DNA of 64,000 nucleotides from Candidatus Binatia bacterium (GTDB taxonomy: Bacteria > Desulfobacterota > Binatia > HRBIN30): the NCBI GenBank assembly GCA_038245295.1, contig JBBRSP010000007.1, positions 1 through 64,000 on the forward strand, written 5' to 3'. Below, piece by piece: positions 19,802 through 29,239 of the stretch. The notes under the pieces were generated by a model, which worked only from the letters and a program-made list of their open reading frames with translations, did no database searches and was not told where the DNA came from. How positions within the stretch are numbered: position 1 is the first letter of the stretch; every line of letters starts with the position of its first letter. Position numbers and translations under genes: made by a program.

Positions 19802-20749
19802 TCACAATTTTGTCAGCGTCGTCGAGACGTCCCACAGCCGCTCGGCATTCTGCGGATCGATGGCGTAGGACTTCACTCCGTCCAGAGCGTCTTCGGCGTC
19901 GTTGACCGAGGCGACATGGCAGTCTTCCAGGTAGACGCCACCGCGTCCTTCGAGCTCCGGCGCGGTGGCGGCGAAGACTTGCGTCGCGGCGCCGGCCGGG
20001 ATGGTTTTGAACTGGAAGGTGCCGCCCTTGGGTGCACGCGACTGTAGGAACGTAAAGTCTTCCGGCTGCATGTGGCGACCAAGCTCGGTCAGGATCGCCC
20101 CCGGGTGCAGCGCGTAGGCATGGATCCCCTCTTTGGCGAAACGACGCTCCAGACCAACAGCGAACAGCACATTCGCGGTCTTCGCCTGTCCGTAGGACAG
20201 CCAATTTTGATAGGGCCGCCGTTCGAACTGCAGATCATCGAACACCACCGGTGACATGTGATGGCCGCGCGAGCTCACCGAGACAATGCGGCTCGGTGCG
20301 CCGCGACGCAGGGCCGGCAAGAGCAGGTTGGTGAGTAGGAAGTGGCCGAGGTGGTTGGTGCCGAACTGCTGCTCAAAGCCGTCGGCGGTCTTGCTAAACG
20401 GGCATGCCATGACACCGGCGTTGTTGATCAGAATATGCAGCGTCGGATGGCGCTCGAGAAACCGCGGCGCGAAGGCGCGCACACTCGCCAACGAACCGAG
20501 CTCGAGCTCCATCACTTCGACATTCGGATTGCCGGTGCTCTGACGAATCTCCACCGCGACGCCCTCGCCTTTGGGCATGTCACGCGCCGTGAGGATGACG
20601 TGAGCACCCTTCTCCGCCAGGGCCCGGGCGCTTTCCTGCCCAAGGCCGCTCGAGCCGCCGGTAATGAGAACGACCTTACCGCTCAGGTCGAGGCCCTCCA
20701 GCACTTCGCTGGTCGTGGTGTCGGCTCCAAATGTCGTCGCGTCGCGCAT
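19802..20749 (-). CDS. SDR oxidoreductase (retinol-dehydrogenase/WWOX-like)
   Basis: TGGSSGLG, NNAG, YGQAK, HPG. Confidence 0.9.
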   Translation of the reverse strand: MRDATTFGADTTTSEVLEGLDLSGKVVLITGGSSGLGQESARALAEKGAHVILTARDMPKGEGVAVEIRQSTGNPNVEVMELELGSLASVRAFAPRFLERHPTLHILINNAGVMACPFSKTADGFEQQFGTNHLGHFLLTNLLLPALRRGAPSRIVSVSSRGHHMSPVVFDDLQFERRPYQNWLSYGQAKTANVLFAVGLERRFAKEGIHAYALHPGAILTELGRHMQPEDFTFLQSRAPKGGTFQFKTIPAGAATQVFAATAPELEGRGGVYLEDCHVASVNDAEDALDGVKSYAIDPQNAERLWDVSTTLTKL

Positions 20750-20847
20750 GGCTCTCCTCCGCGGGTTCGTATCTCGCACTCCGCGCGCCAGTAGCCCAGC
20801 GATCGCGCCGGGCTCCGCGCAGGGGACTGGCAACGGTCTCCGCGGCT

Positions 20848-20880
20848 AAGCGCTCGGCGGCTCGGCACCTCTGCGGTGAA
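20848..20880. repeat. 33-bp direct repeat, copy 1
   Basis: AAGCGCTCGGCGGCTCGGCACCTCTGCGGTGAA; copy 2 at 21876-21908 with one mismatch. Confidence 0.75.
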
Positions 20881-20893
20881 TTCAGCGCCGCAA

Positions 20894-21316
20894 CTACTTC
20901 TGCTGAATTGCCTTCAAGTATTCGACGATCCGTAGGATCTTACTCGTCGCCGCTTGTTCAGCACCTTTCGCCTCGGCGTTCGGTTGGCGCAGGACCTCGC
21001 CCCAGATCGGCATATCGGGCTCGCCATGGAAGCGGTCCAACTCTCGACCGTCGATGCGGCCGGCTACCTTGTCGGAGGCAAAGGAGCCGCCGGATTTTTG
21101 CGCCAACCGCGTCAGGTCGCTGGGATGTGGTCGCATCGCTCGCGACACCACGCCGTCCCCCTTACCACCCGCCCCGTGACAGGAGCTGCAATACTTCAGG
21201 TAGAGTTGTTGTCCATCGACAGTTTCGAGGGCGGTTGATCGGCCTGCTAGCGCCGCAAGCAGAGCGAATCCGATGACTGCCGACGGGAGCGCACGGCCTC
21301 GAGAATTGGTTTGCAT
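20894..21316 (-). CDS. Monoheme cytochrome c
   Basis: Signal peptide; YCSSCHG..GKGDG, HG..DMPIWG. Confidence 0.9.
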   Translation of the reverse strand: MQTNSRGRALPSAVIGFALLAALAGRSTALETVDGQQLYLKYCSSCHGAGGKGDGVVSRAMRPHPSDLTRLAQKSGGSFASDKVAGRIDGRELDRFHGEPDMPIWGEVLRQPNAEAKGAEQAATSKILRIVEYLKAIQQK

Positions 21317-21406
21317 TGGTCAGCTTGGTACTTCAGACACTCGAGAAACGATAGCCCCCGGGTGGCTTGAGGCCGTCTCGTCGTGACTCTACGACTCGTC
21401 CCCCGT

Positions 21407-21646
21407 GTGTACCGGTCCGATCGCGAGCTCAAGCACGAGATGTCGACAGTACTCGGATGGGTCGCTGCCGGCGAGACTGTCGAGGTGCGGCGGCGTCAGC
21501 AGCCAGTAGCCGTGTTGTCCCCACCTGTCCGCAAAACGCCGACGAAGCACCCGCCGTTTGCTGCCAGGTTGGCGGCCATCTATGGCGCGAAAGTTCTGAA
21601 GGCGACCTGGACGGACCTGGTCTCCGAATCACGTGGTGAGCGATGA
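21407..21646 (+). CDS. Phd/YefM-type antitoxin (orphan, possibly degraded)
   Basis: RELKHEMSTVLGWVAAGETVEVRRRQQPVAVLSP; overlapping downstream ATG reads only Met-Arg-stop. Confidence 0.6.
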   Translation: MYRSDRELKHEMSTVLGWVAAGETVEVRRRQQPVAVLSPPVRKTPTKHPPFAARLAAIYGAKVLKATWTDLVSESRGER

Positions 21647-21875
21647 GATGAGAGCGAAATGGGGGTCATCCCCTTTTCTTCGCCGTGCTCCAGGCGACGC
21701 CATCGCTCCTTACTGTCACCTCAAAGACGTTACCGATTGCGAAATTTCCTGAGGGTGACGCTTGCCAACGCCTTGGGGATCTCACGCAGAGTGGCAAAGG
21801 CGCAGAGAGAACACGTACGCGAACCGCCCCACATTTTCTCGATCCAGCGCCAAGAATCAGGCGAAGGCATCCGTC

Positions 21876-21908
21876 AAGCGCTCGGCGGCTCGGCGCCTCT
21901 GCGGTGAA
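21876..21908. repeat. 33-bp direct repeat, copy 2
   Basis: See 20848-20880. Confidence 0.75.
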
Positions 21909-21916
21909 AGAGTCCG

Positions 21917-23023
21917 CTACGGCTTGTCACCCGTGTGCGTCCCGTACTGCTTGGTCCGCCAGAGACCAAACCCCTCGGCAAGTACGGTTACGTTTTTGAA
22001 GCCGTGTTCCTGCAGCTTCTTCGCTAGCTCGCCCGACTCGGCGCTGGGGCACGAGCAATAGCAGACGAGCCAGGCGTCCTTGGGCAAAGCATCGTAGTAT
22101 GGACTTGGATCGTAGAACGGCACACTCACCGCGCCGGCGATGTGTTCGTTCATGTAGTCCGACGGTGCCCGGGCATCGAGGATGGCGATACGCGCCTGGC
22201 GCACGAGCTGTTGGTGCACAACTTCGACCGGCGTCGTCTCCGGATAGATCTTGAAACCGAGCGCATCGGGGCCTTTGGGGTTCAGCGGTACTGGCCCGAG
22301 CGGCAGTGGCGGTGCGGTCGCGCGCGGCGACGGCATCGCCGGCAGCGCGGTTTTTTGCAGGTTGCGCAGGTGGGCAACCACGTCTTCGATGCCTTGCGCG
22401 TCGAGCTTGGTCGCGAAACTCGGCATCTGAGTCCCCGGCCGGCCGTCGCGGATCGCGGCGCGCAGGAAACCGTTGCTCACTCCTTCGAGCAGCTGAGGAT
22501 TGCCAATCTGAACGTAATCGCCGCCGCGGCCACCCGCACCGTGGCAGGTGACACATTCGGAACGGTAGATGGCCACGCCGTGGGCGATGTCGCCATGCAG
22601 CGGTTGCTCGTCGAACAGGGTCGGCGGCTGACGATGCCAGGTGCGGATGAATGCCACCACGGCGTCGATGTCGCTTCGCGAGAAGGGTCCGCCGTTGTTG
22701 TTCGCCCAGGCCGACATGGTGCTGCCCTGGCGACCATCGGCAATGGCGCGGCGCAGAAACTCATCACTGACACCGCCCAGGAAATCGGCTCGATTGAGCG
22801 CCGGGGCCCGGTCGGCCTTGTAGCCTGCGCCGTCGGCGCCGTGACACACCGAACAGATGCGGCCATAGAGGTCGGCACCATGCTGTTCGACTACCGTCAG
22901 CGCGGGCTCCGCAGCCGCCGCAACAGCCTGCGGCAGCGAAGAGGACTCACGGTTACAGCCAGACGACGCGAGCACGCCGCCGAGGAAGAGGATAAGCAGG
23001 CGCGTGCGTGGATCCATCAACAT
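21917..23023 (-). CDS. Diheme cytochrome c - rhodanese fusion, probable lipoprotein
   Basis: CSVCH and CVTCH; LDARAPSDY..HIAGAVSVP; YCSCP; LASSGC. Confidence 0.85.
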   Translation of the reverse strand: MLMDPRTRLLILFLGGVLASSGCNRESSSLPQAVAAAAEPALTVVEQHGADLYGRICSVCHGADGAGYKADRAPALNRADFLGGVSDEFLRRAIADGRQGSTMSAWANNNGGPFSRSDIDAVVAFIRTWHRQPPTLFDEQPLHGDIAHGVAIYRSECVTCHGAGGRGGDYVQIGNPQLLEGVSNGFLRAAIRDGRPGTQMPSFATKLDAQGIEDVVAHLRNLQKTALPAMPSPRATAPPLPLGPVPLNPKGPDALGFKIYPETTPVEVVHQQLVRQARIAILDARAPSDYMNEHIAGAVSVPFYDPSPYYDALPKDAWLVCYCSCPSAESGELAKKLQEHGFKNVTVLAEGFGLWRTKQYGTHTGDKP

Positions 23024-23089
23024 CCCAGGTCGGGCGCCGAAATCTCACGAATCGCGACCACAAGCAACCGGCAGTATGGGAACACACGT

Positions 23090-23165
23090 CGCAGGCTAAA
23101 GCCTGCGCCTACCAGATCGCGTTTCGCCTGGGATAAAGACGGGTAGGCGCAGGCTTTAGCCTGCG
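23090..23165. repeat. Inverted REP family A doublet
   Basis: CGCAGGCTAAAGCCTGCGCCTAC (23090-23112) and GTAGGCGCAGGCTTTAGCCTGCG (23143-23165). Confidence 0.85.
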
Positions 23166-23313
23166 GAGTTAATCACGTCAGAGGAAATCGAGCGCACAGA
23201 GGTGCTGGTAGAAGGCGTCGCGATTGTGGGCTGCTTCATCGGCAAAACGCGACAAGAGGTCTTCGTAGAGCTGAATGAGCGTGCGACTTGCCGCGTGGAC
23301 CCCAGGGCAAGAT

Positions 23314-24984
23314 TCAACGGAGCACCAGCAGTTTCTCCTTCGCGCCGTCGCATGCGCCACAGTCCTTCGCGATGGCTTCGTAACGCCGTCTCGCCTCGTC
23401 GACCTTGCCGGCGAGAACGAGCGCGTCGGCCTCGCGCTCGCGCCAGGCGCGTGCCGCCCCTGGAATGGCGTCGTATCGGTTCACGAGCTTTTCGGCGAAC
23501 GCGATCGCCTCGGCGTAACGCGAGGTAAAAAGCAGCGAGTAGAAGTAACTCTGCCCGATGTAGAGATCGTCGAGGGCCTGCGGCCAATCGTTGCCGAAGG
23601 CAGCTTGCAGATCTTCGAAAGCGTGATGATCGCCACTGAGTAGCTGCCCGATGAACTGCGGCGAATCGGGCTGCGTAATCTGAGCGGCAATGCCCGATAG
23701 TGCCTGGCGCGCTTCGTCAAAATTGGACCAGGCAGCCGACGTGATTCCGACCAGAACGGCGAGGCGGGCATCGTTGCCCCAGCGCGGATAGAGCGACAAC
23801 ATCTCGCGTTCGGCTTCGAGACGCTGCTTCTGTGCCGTGAGGACGAGAACGAGGGCTGCCTGCGCGATGGACGAGTCGGGGGCAAGCGCCAGACTCTCTC
23901 GAATATCAAGAGACGCGGCGGCAAGGTCGGCACTCGCCAGCGCCTGGCACCCGCGCCGCCACAGGACAATGCTTTGCGCGATACTGCGCAGGAAGGCCGG
24001 AGCGGTTGCCAGCTCACTCGCTTTGAGATGAATGGCACGCTGGACTTCATCGCGCAGGGTCGGGTCGCTGGCCAACATCGTTCGGTCAATTCCGAAATCG
24101 CGCAGCCCGGTGGCGGGCAAACACTCGAGGGTCGAAAGCTCGAGCTGTTTGACCTCGAGGTACTCGTCAAAATAGCCCTTGGCACGCGACGATGGTGTTC
24201 CGGTCTCGATGAAGCGCCGATCCGGTTCGACGGCAGATGGCTTGGTCGGTGATCGACTGGGCGTCCCGGCCTTCGCCGCGGTGGGTGCGCCGAGATCCAG
24301 GTTGCGGCTCAGCAAACGCAGCTCGACGTCATCGACGAAGTAGTGAACGCTCGAGCGATCCTCGAGGTCACCGATGAAAGAGATCTTCGAAAGCTTGGAG
24401 CCGAGAGAGTGTGTCGCATTTGGCTGGTCTTTCAGAAGGACGACTGGGGCGTCGATGCCGCTCTCGAGAATGCGCAGATCGTAGCTGCCCTCCGTCACAT
24501 GGAAGACGACGTCGACGACGTACCAGGTATCCCTCGCCACCCGAAACAGTCGCTTCGGCAAGCTATCGGTTTCCGTGAAGAGCGCGCCATCGATCGACTT
24601 CAGCCAGAAGGCAATTCCATCGTGTTGCATGGAGAAGTGTTGCGGCCCGGCAACGGCGATGTTCAGCGCTTCATCCGGATTGCGCACCAGGATGGCGAAG
24701 TGGAAGAGCACATTGCCCGAAGCGATTGGCTCAACCACTCCCTGGAGCTCGACGAAGTCGTGATCGAGCGGCGCTTCCTGCAGTTCGAGCGACCGGTAGC
24801 CGCTGAATTTCACTTTGTCCGTCGGCTCGACGGAGCCGCGCGAATTCTGGAAGAGGAAGAACCCTTCCTGGGGCGTCGGCAGCGTGCCGTCAAACCCATA
24901 GTTGACCAGCACTTTGTCGGCGGCGGCGTTGCGCGCCAACGCCATCACGAACACCACCAAAGAACAGAGTATGGATCGTCGCAT
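23314..24984 (-). CDS. Secreted protein: beta-sandwich-like N-terminus, TPR-like helical C-terminus
   Basis: Signal peptide; beta-rich region (TWYVVDV, YFVDDVEL); Ala/Leu helical repeats; terminal CGAC; TGATG coupling to upstream gene. Confidence 0.6.
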   Translation of the reverse strand: MRRSILCSLVVFVMALARNAAADKVLVNYGFDGTLPTPQEGFFLFQNSRGSVEPTDKVKFSGYRSLELQEAPLDHDFVELQGVVEPIASGNVLFHFAILVRNPDEALNIAVAGPQHFSMQHDGIAFWLKSIDGALFTETDSLPKRLFRVARDTWYVVDVVFHVTEGSYDLRILESGIDAPVVLLKDQPNATHSLGSKLSKISFIGDLEDRSSVHYFVDDVELRLLSRNLDLGAPTAAKAGTPSRSPTKPSAVEPDRRFIETGTPSSRAKGYFDEYLEVKQLELSTLECLPATGLRDFGIDRTMLASDPTLRDEVQRAIHLKASELATAPAFLRSIAQSIVLWRRGCQALASADLAAASLDIRESLALAPDSSIAQAALVLVLTAQKQRLEAEREMLSLYPRWGNDARLAVLVGITSAAWSNFDEARQALSGIAAQITQPDSPQFIGQLLSGDHHAFEDLQAAFGNDWPQALDDLYIGQSYFYSLLFTSRYAEAIAFAEKLVNRYDAIPGAARAWREREADALVLAGKVDEARRRYEAIAKDCGACDGAKEKLLVLR

Positions 24985-25658
24985 CACTTGCCGTAGATGT
25001 TCTTCCGATACTCCGCCACCCACTGCTTCCATGGCTGAACCGAGACCTCCCGCTCGCCCACCGACGCGTCCGGGTTGTAGCCTTTGGTTTGCCCTGTCTG
25101 GATCTGCAGCGACAGGAGCGCGATCCGACGCACGTCGTCTTTGTCGTCCTGCAGCGCGTTGACGAGGCCTTCGTAGAGGATGACACGTTGCTTTTCGGTC
25201 AAATGGATTTGGTCGTACGTCAAGGCGCAGGCGGCCTTGTCCCGCACCAGCAGGCTCGGGCCGCTGCGCATGTTGTCGAGGAGCATCTGCACGATACTCT
25301 CGTCACGACTGATCCTGCCGAGCGCATATTGAACCGAGATACGCAGGCTCTCGTTCGCCGTGTGCGCGTCCTTCATCAGAACCTCGCGCGCCGGTTCCGA
25401 TTTGATTCCCAGGAAATACAGGGCATTGGCGACGCGTTGCTTCAGCGCGTCGTCGCCCGACTCGTAAAGCTGCAGAAGTCCGCCGATCGCTTTCTCGCCG
25501 TATGTTTTGAGCGGCGCGTATTCATCCGAGGCCAGAATCGTCTGAAGCTCAGCACGGCTCGGAGGCGAACTCTCGCCGGCGAGCGCCGCGCGGCAGCAGA
25601 AGAGAAGCGCCAGCAGCGCCACGACGCGCCGACGGCCATGGGCTTTGTCGGCAAACAT
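24984..25658 (-). CDS. Secreted HEAT-repeat protein
   Basis: Signal peptide; repeats VRDKAACAL, DVRRIALLSL, GYNPD. Confidence 0.7.
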   Translation of the reverse strand: MFADKAHGRRRVVALLALLFCCRAALAGESSPPSRAELQTILASDEYAPLKTYGEKAIGGLLQLYESGDDALKQRVANALYFLGIKSEPAREVLMKDAHTANESLRISVQYALGRISRDESIVQMLLDNMRSGPSLLVRDKAACALTYDQIHLTEKQRVILYEGLVNALQDDKDDVRRIALLSLQIQTGQTKGYNPDASVGEREVSVQPWKQWVAEYRKNIYGK

Positions 25659-25765
25659 GTTGACGGTACTCTAACCCGATTCGTGGCTCGGCGGGAAGCT
25701 CGAAGGTTGGCCGCATCCTGACGCCAAGGGTTGCTAAATGGAAGCGATCGTCCTTACGATGAGAC

Positions 25766-26065
25766 ATGACACCTCAAGAAGAGCCCGCCAGGGTTGCCGC
25801 GGCTAAAACGTTCCTCCAACAACAGTTCCCCGATTTCAGAGTCGACGATGTCGAATACCCGATCGATCATCGATTCAGGCTTGTGGGCACGGAAGGGGCC
25901 GTGCACGACATTTCACTGACGCGTGAGGTGTTCGCCGATGCGCACTCCGTTGGGCAGCTCGTCGAGCGGCTCAACCTGGTACCGATCAAAGACAAGGTGG
26001 CAGAAGCCGGCAAGCGACTCCTGGTCGTCAGCAGCGCCGGCCGATGCTGGTTCGTCGAGCAATGA
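25766..26065 (+). CDS. Hypothetical protein
   Basis: 99-aa ORF with normal composition between oppositely oriented genes. Confidence 0.55.
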   Translation: MTPQEEPARVAAAKTFLQQQFPDFRVDDVEYPIDHRFRLVGTEGAVHDISLTREVFADAHSVGQLVERLNLVPIKDKVAEAGKRLLVVSSAGRCWFVEQ

Positions 26066-26073
26066 GCTTCGTC

Positions 26074-26227
26074 GGTAGTGGGTCCATTTGAAAACCGTGG
26101 CGGCGAGGATTCGTCATTCCGGCGAAAGCCGGAATCTCGCCGGCCTTCCCAAGCTTCCACTTGAGGAGATCCCGGCTTTCGCCGGGATGACGTCGCCTGC
26201 GCTTGGGAATCAAACGGGTCCACTACC
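26074..26227. mobile_element. 154-bp MITE (GGTAGTG ends, 8-bp TSD) carrying a family D palindrome
   Basis: TIR GGTAGTGGGTCCATTTGA / TCAAACGGGTCCACTACC; flanks GCTTCGTC / GCTTCGTT; internal CGTCATTCCGGCGAAAGCCGGAATCT...AGATCCCGGCTTTCGCCGGGATGACG (26112-26192). Confidence 0.7.
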
Positions 26228-26298
26228 GCTTCGTTTGACAGCGTCGCTCTCCACGCGGTCCGGCAGCACATCTGACAGGCCCGCGTGGAGGTGCGATG

Positions 26299-28185
26299 CT
26301 ACTCTGGTGGCGTCGGATCGGTTGCTGGCGGCTCCGTTGCAGGACCTTCACGTTCGAGGGTTCGGCCAGGTGCCTCGCGCCCGGTGAGCCACCCGGTGTC
26401 CATCGGGTAGACCACCGGATCGAAGATCACGAAGTAGAAGTGCCAGACCAGAATGGCGAGCGTCGCCAGCACCGCCTCGTAGAAGTGCACGACGGTAGCA
26501 ACATCAAGGATCCACTTCGGCAGGTGAGCCAGGGACCAGTTCTCGAACCACAGGAGAAAGCCGCTCACCGCCATGATCATGGTTCCCCAGACGAGAGCCA
26601 GGTACTCGAGCTTTTCGGCGTAACCGAGAACGGGGGACGGCGGCATGTCGGGCCGTGCGCCGACGAACCATCGAATGCGCTGGCGCAGTTCCGAGAGGTC
26701 GTGCCACTTGGGTAGCATCCCCCACATGCAGGCTCGTGCGCGCCGATCAAAGGCGAGATGCGCCGCGTGAAGCGCGAACGACAAGAGCAGGATCATTGCG
26801 GCGCCGCGGTGCACCCAGCCGCGCAAGCCGAACTGTCCTTCCCAACCGACGAGTGGCTGAGCCCACCAGCCTGTCGGGTATTTCAGGGCGAATCCCGACC
26901 ACGCGAGAACGATGAAGCTCGTCATGAGCAGCAAGTGCACGACACGGAAGCCGAGTGACAGGCGTGGCCGCCGCGCCGCCACCGGCACGATCGGACGCGC
27001 CGTGGGTGTGATTGCTTTGCGCCGCAGGTCGAGCAGATTGTGCAGCATCATGGCGCCGATGACGACCCAGATGAGTGTCAGGTAGGCGATGCGCACCCAG
27101 TAAACCGCGGGATGGGTACCCTCGCGGTTCTCGGCCAACACATGCACCGCCCCGATGGTGAACGTGCTGCCGGCTCCCGGATGGCACGAGCCACAGGTTT
27201 CGGCGAGATTGCTGGGATTGACGTGTGATCGCGGATCGCTCGATGGCAGGATGTCGTGAACGCCATGGCAGGAGGCACAGTGGGCAACACTCAGGTTGCC
27301 GGCCTGCCCGGCGAGTCCATGGAAACTATCCGAGAACGCCGCCACCGAGGTGGACTTCAGCCCGAACTTCTCGACGATGCGCTGATCGCCGTGGCAGCGA
27401 CCGCAAGTCATCTTGGGAACGTTGGAGGCGAAGACGGGCGAACCCTTGTCGGATGGCCCGAGAATGCGGTGCTCGCCGTGGCAATCGGTGCAAACCGGCG
27501 CCTCGCGGATACCACGCGCCACCGCCTGACCGTGCACACTCGTGGCGAAGAGGCGCGCCACCTCGGCGTGACATTTGCCGCACGTTGCCGGCGTATTCTT
27601 ACGATTCACGCGCGAGCGCGGATCGTCGGCCGAGAGGATATCGTGACTGCCGTGACACGAGCTGCACGTAGCGGCCTTCTCACCAGCCGCCACAGCGCGC
27701 CCGTGCACGCTGGCCGCATAGGCGGCAATCGGCTGTACGAGCTTGATCCCCGTCTTGGCACTGAACTTAGGGTCGGCGTGGCAAACGCCACATGTCTGGG
27801 GAAGGCGTTTCGGATGAACCGTCGATCGAACGTCGTCGTGTGGGTACAGGGCGTGCACGGGCCCGTGACAGCTGGCGCACGTCGGCCGCTTGAATCCGTC
27901 ACCGTCGACATGCCGGTGAACACTCGACGCGAGCGCCTCCGACTCATCGGCGTGACAATCGCCGCAGGCTTCCGTCGGCTCACTCGCCTTGTGCGGGAAG
28001 TCGTCGTGCCCGCTGTGGCAGCTGCCGCAGTCGACATCGGCCTTCCCGTGAACCGTAGCTTTCCAAGCGTCGGCTGTAACGACGCGTTGCGCACCGGCGA
28101 TGTCGGCGCTCTCGTGACACGCGAAGCAGGCGTCGTCGGCGTGCACCGCTCCGGCGAGAACAATCAGTAGGAGTAAGACCAACAT
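26299..28185 (-). CDS. Multiheme cytochrome c (11 CxxCH) fused to cytochrome b (CbcL-like)
   Basis: 11 CxxCH counted; C-terminal TM domain with VH, HR, HFYEA.LA.LAILVWHFY. Confidence 0.85.
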   Translation of the reverse strand: MLVLLLLIVLAGAVHADDACFACHESADIAGAQRVVTADAWKATVHGKADVDCGSCHSGHDDFPHKASEPTEACGDCHADESEALASSVHRHVDGDGFKRPTCASCHGPVHALYPHDDVRSTVHPKRLPQTCGVCHADPKFSAKTGIKLVQPIAAYAASVHGRAVAAGEKAATCSSCHGSHDILSADDPRSRVNRKNTPATCGKCHAEVARLFATSVHGQAVARGIREAPVCTDCHGEHRILGPSDKGSPVFASNVPKMTCGRCHGDQRIVEKFGLKSTSVAAFSDSFHGLAGQAGNLSVAHCASCHGVHDILPSSDPRSHVNPSNLAETCGSCHPGAGSTFTIGAVHVLAENREGTHPAVYWVRIAYLTLIWVVIGAMMLHNLLDLRRKAITPTARPIVPVAARRPRLSLGFRVVHLLLMTSFIVLAWSGFALKYPTGWWAQPLVGWEGQFGLRGWVHRGAAMILLLSFALHAAHLAFDRRARACMWGMLPKWHDLSELRQRIRWFVGARPDMPPSPVLGYAEKLEYLALVWGTMIMAVSGFLLWFENWSLAHLPKWILDVATVVHFYEAVLATLAILVWHFYFVIFDPVVYPMDTGWLTGREAPGRTLEREGPATEPPATDPTPPE

Positions 28186-28317
28186 CGGGGCCCCTCGACT
28201 GCGGCCGCGCCACGGAGCGCCGCACCTCGACGCAGCACTGTAGGGCCGGGGTGCTTTATTACCGCGGACGCCACCGCCCGTTCGAGTTCGGCGGCGGCGT
28301 CCCCGCAGCGGCAAGCT

Positions 28318-28629
28318 TCACTTCAACGAGAGCATGTACGCGACGACCGCATCCCACTCTTCGCCTTCCAGTTTCAACTTCGGCATCTTGGCGGTCTCGA
28401 TCTTTGATTTCGGATCGGCGAAGTAGGCGCGTAGCCAGGCTTCGTCGCGCTTCTTGCCGACGCCGTCGAGTGGTCCACCGACATCCGCCTTGGCGCCGGC
28501 GTCCCCGGCGATGGCATGGCAGGTCTTACACTTTTTGTCGTAAATCGCCTTGCCATCGGCAGCCCACACTGTGTGTCCCACGGCACCGATCAGACACAAC
28601 GCTGCAATCCCTTGTACTAGTTTCCGCAT
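28318..28629 (-). CDS. Monoheme cytochrome c
   Basis: CKTCH, GPLDGVG, AKMP; RBS GGAGG. Confidence 0.9.
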   Translation of the reverse strand: MRKLVQGIAALCLIGAVGHTVWAADGKAIYDKKCKTCHAIAGDAGAKADVGGPLDGVGKKRDEAWLRAYFADPKSKIETAKMPKLKLEGEEWDAVVAYMLSLK

Positions 28630-28793
28630 GTGTACATCCTCCTGTTCTCATTCCAGTCGGTCACGTCCCACTTAAGCAACCCTCGGACCACAGAGAATGT
28701 TCCCCGGACTCCGATATCGATTGCTTCCGTCTTCCTGTATCCGAGAATCACCGTGCACGGCAATTCGATTTTAGTAATCGATCCGATCGCGCG

Positions 28794-28895
28794 GGTAGTG
28801 TCTCAATCCACGCCCGCCGATGGCCTCTAATCGGAGCGCGCCACGACGGGATCCACCACCCGCCAGCCGCCAACGGGTCAAACTGAGACACTACC
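28794..28895. mobile_element. 102-bp MITE with GGTAGTG ends
   Basis: 12-bp perfect TIR GGTAGTGTCTCA / TGAGACACTACC; flanks only degenerately duplicated (GATCGCGCG / GATCCGCG). Confidence 0.55.
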
Positions 28896-29239
28896 GATCC
28901 GCGCCGAGAAGTCTGGGGATGAGCTGATCGGCGCCCCTACATTCGCCCGGAGACGGGCGCGGGAAAGATGGCTGCACGTGGCGGCGCGTACAAGTACGTG
29001 AGTAGTAGTCCGACCTATCCGGCATCGCCCCGACGTTGCACAATACTGCCACCGCCATGACGGAATGGCAGCTTTTTCAAAACTCGCTCAGCCAGCTGCG
29101 CGTAATCGATCTTTTGTCGGGCCGCCGTGTCGCAGCACCCTTATTGCTTACAGCGCCCGGGTGGGACGTTCGACAAGTACGGCGAGAAACACTCGGCAAA
29201 CCGTCGGCGCCGGGATCCATGGGTAAGAGGAGGTTAGGA

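Noticed and set aside
20848..26227. Integron cassette array
   Set aside because: Repeats lack attC RYYYAAC/GTTRRRY boxes and no integrase is present.
28765..28782. FNR/CRP-like site upstream of the cytochrome genes
   Set aside because: Palindrome TCGATT-N5-AATCGA does not fit TTGAT-N4-ATCAA.
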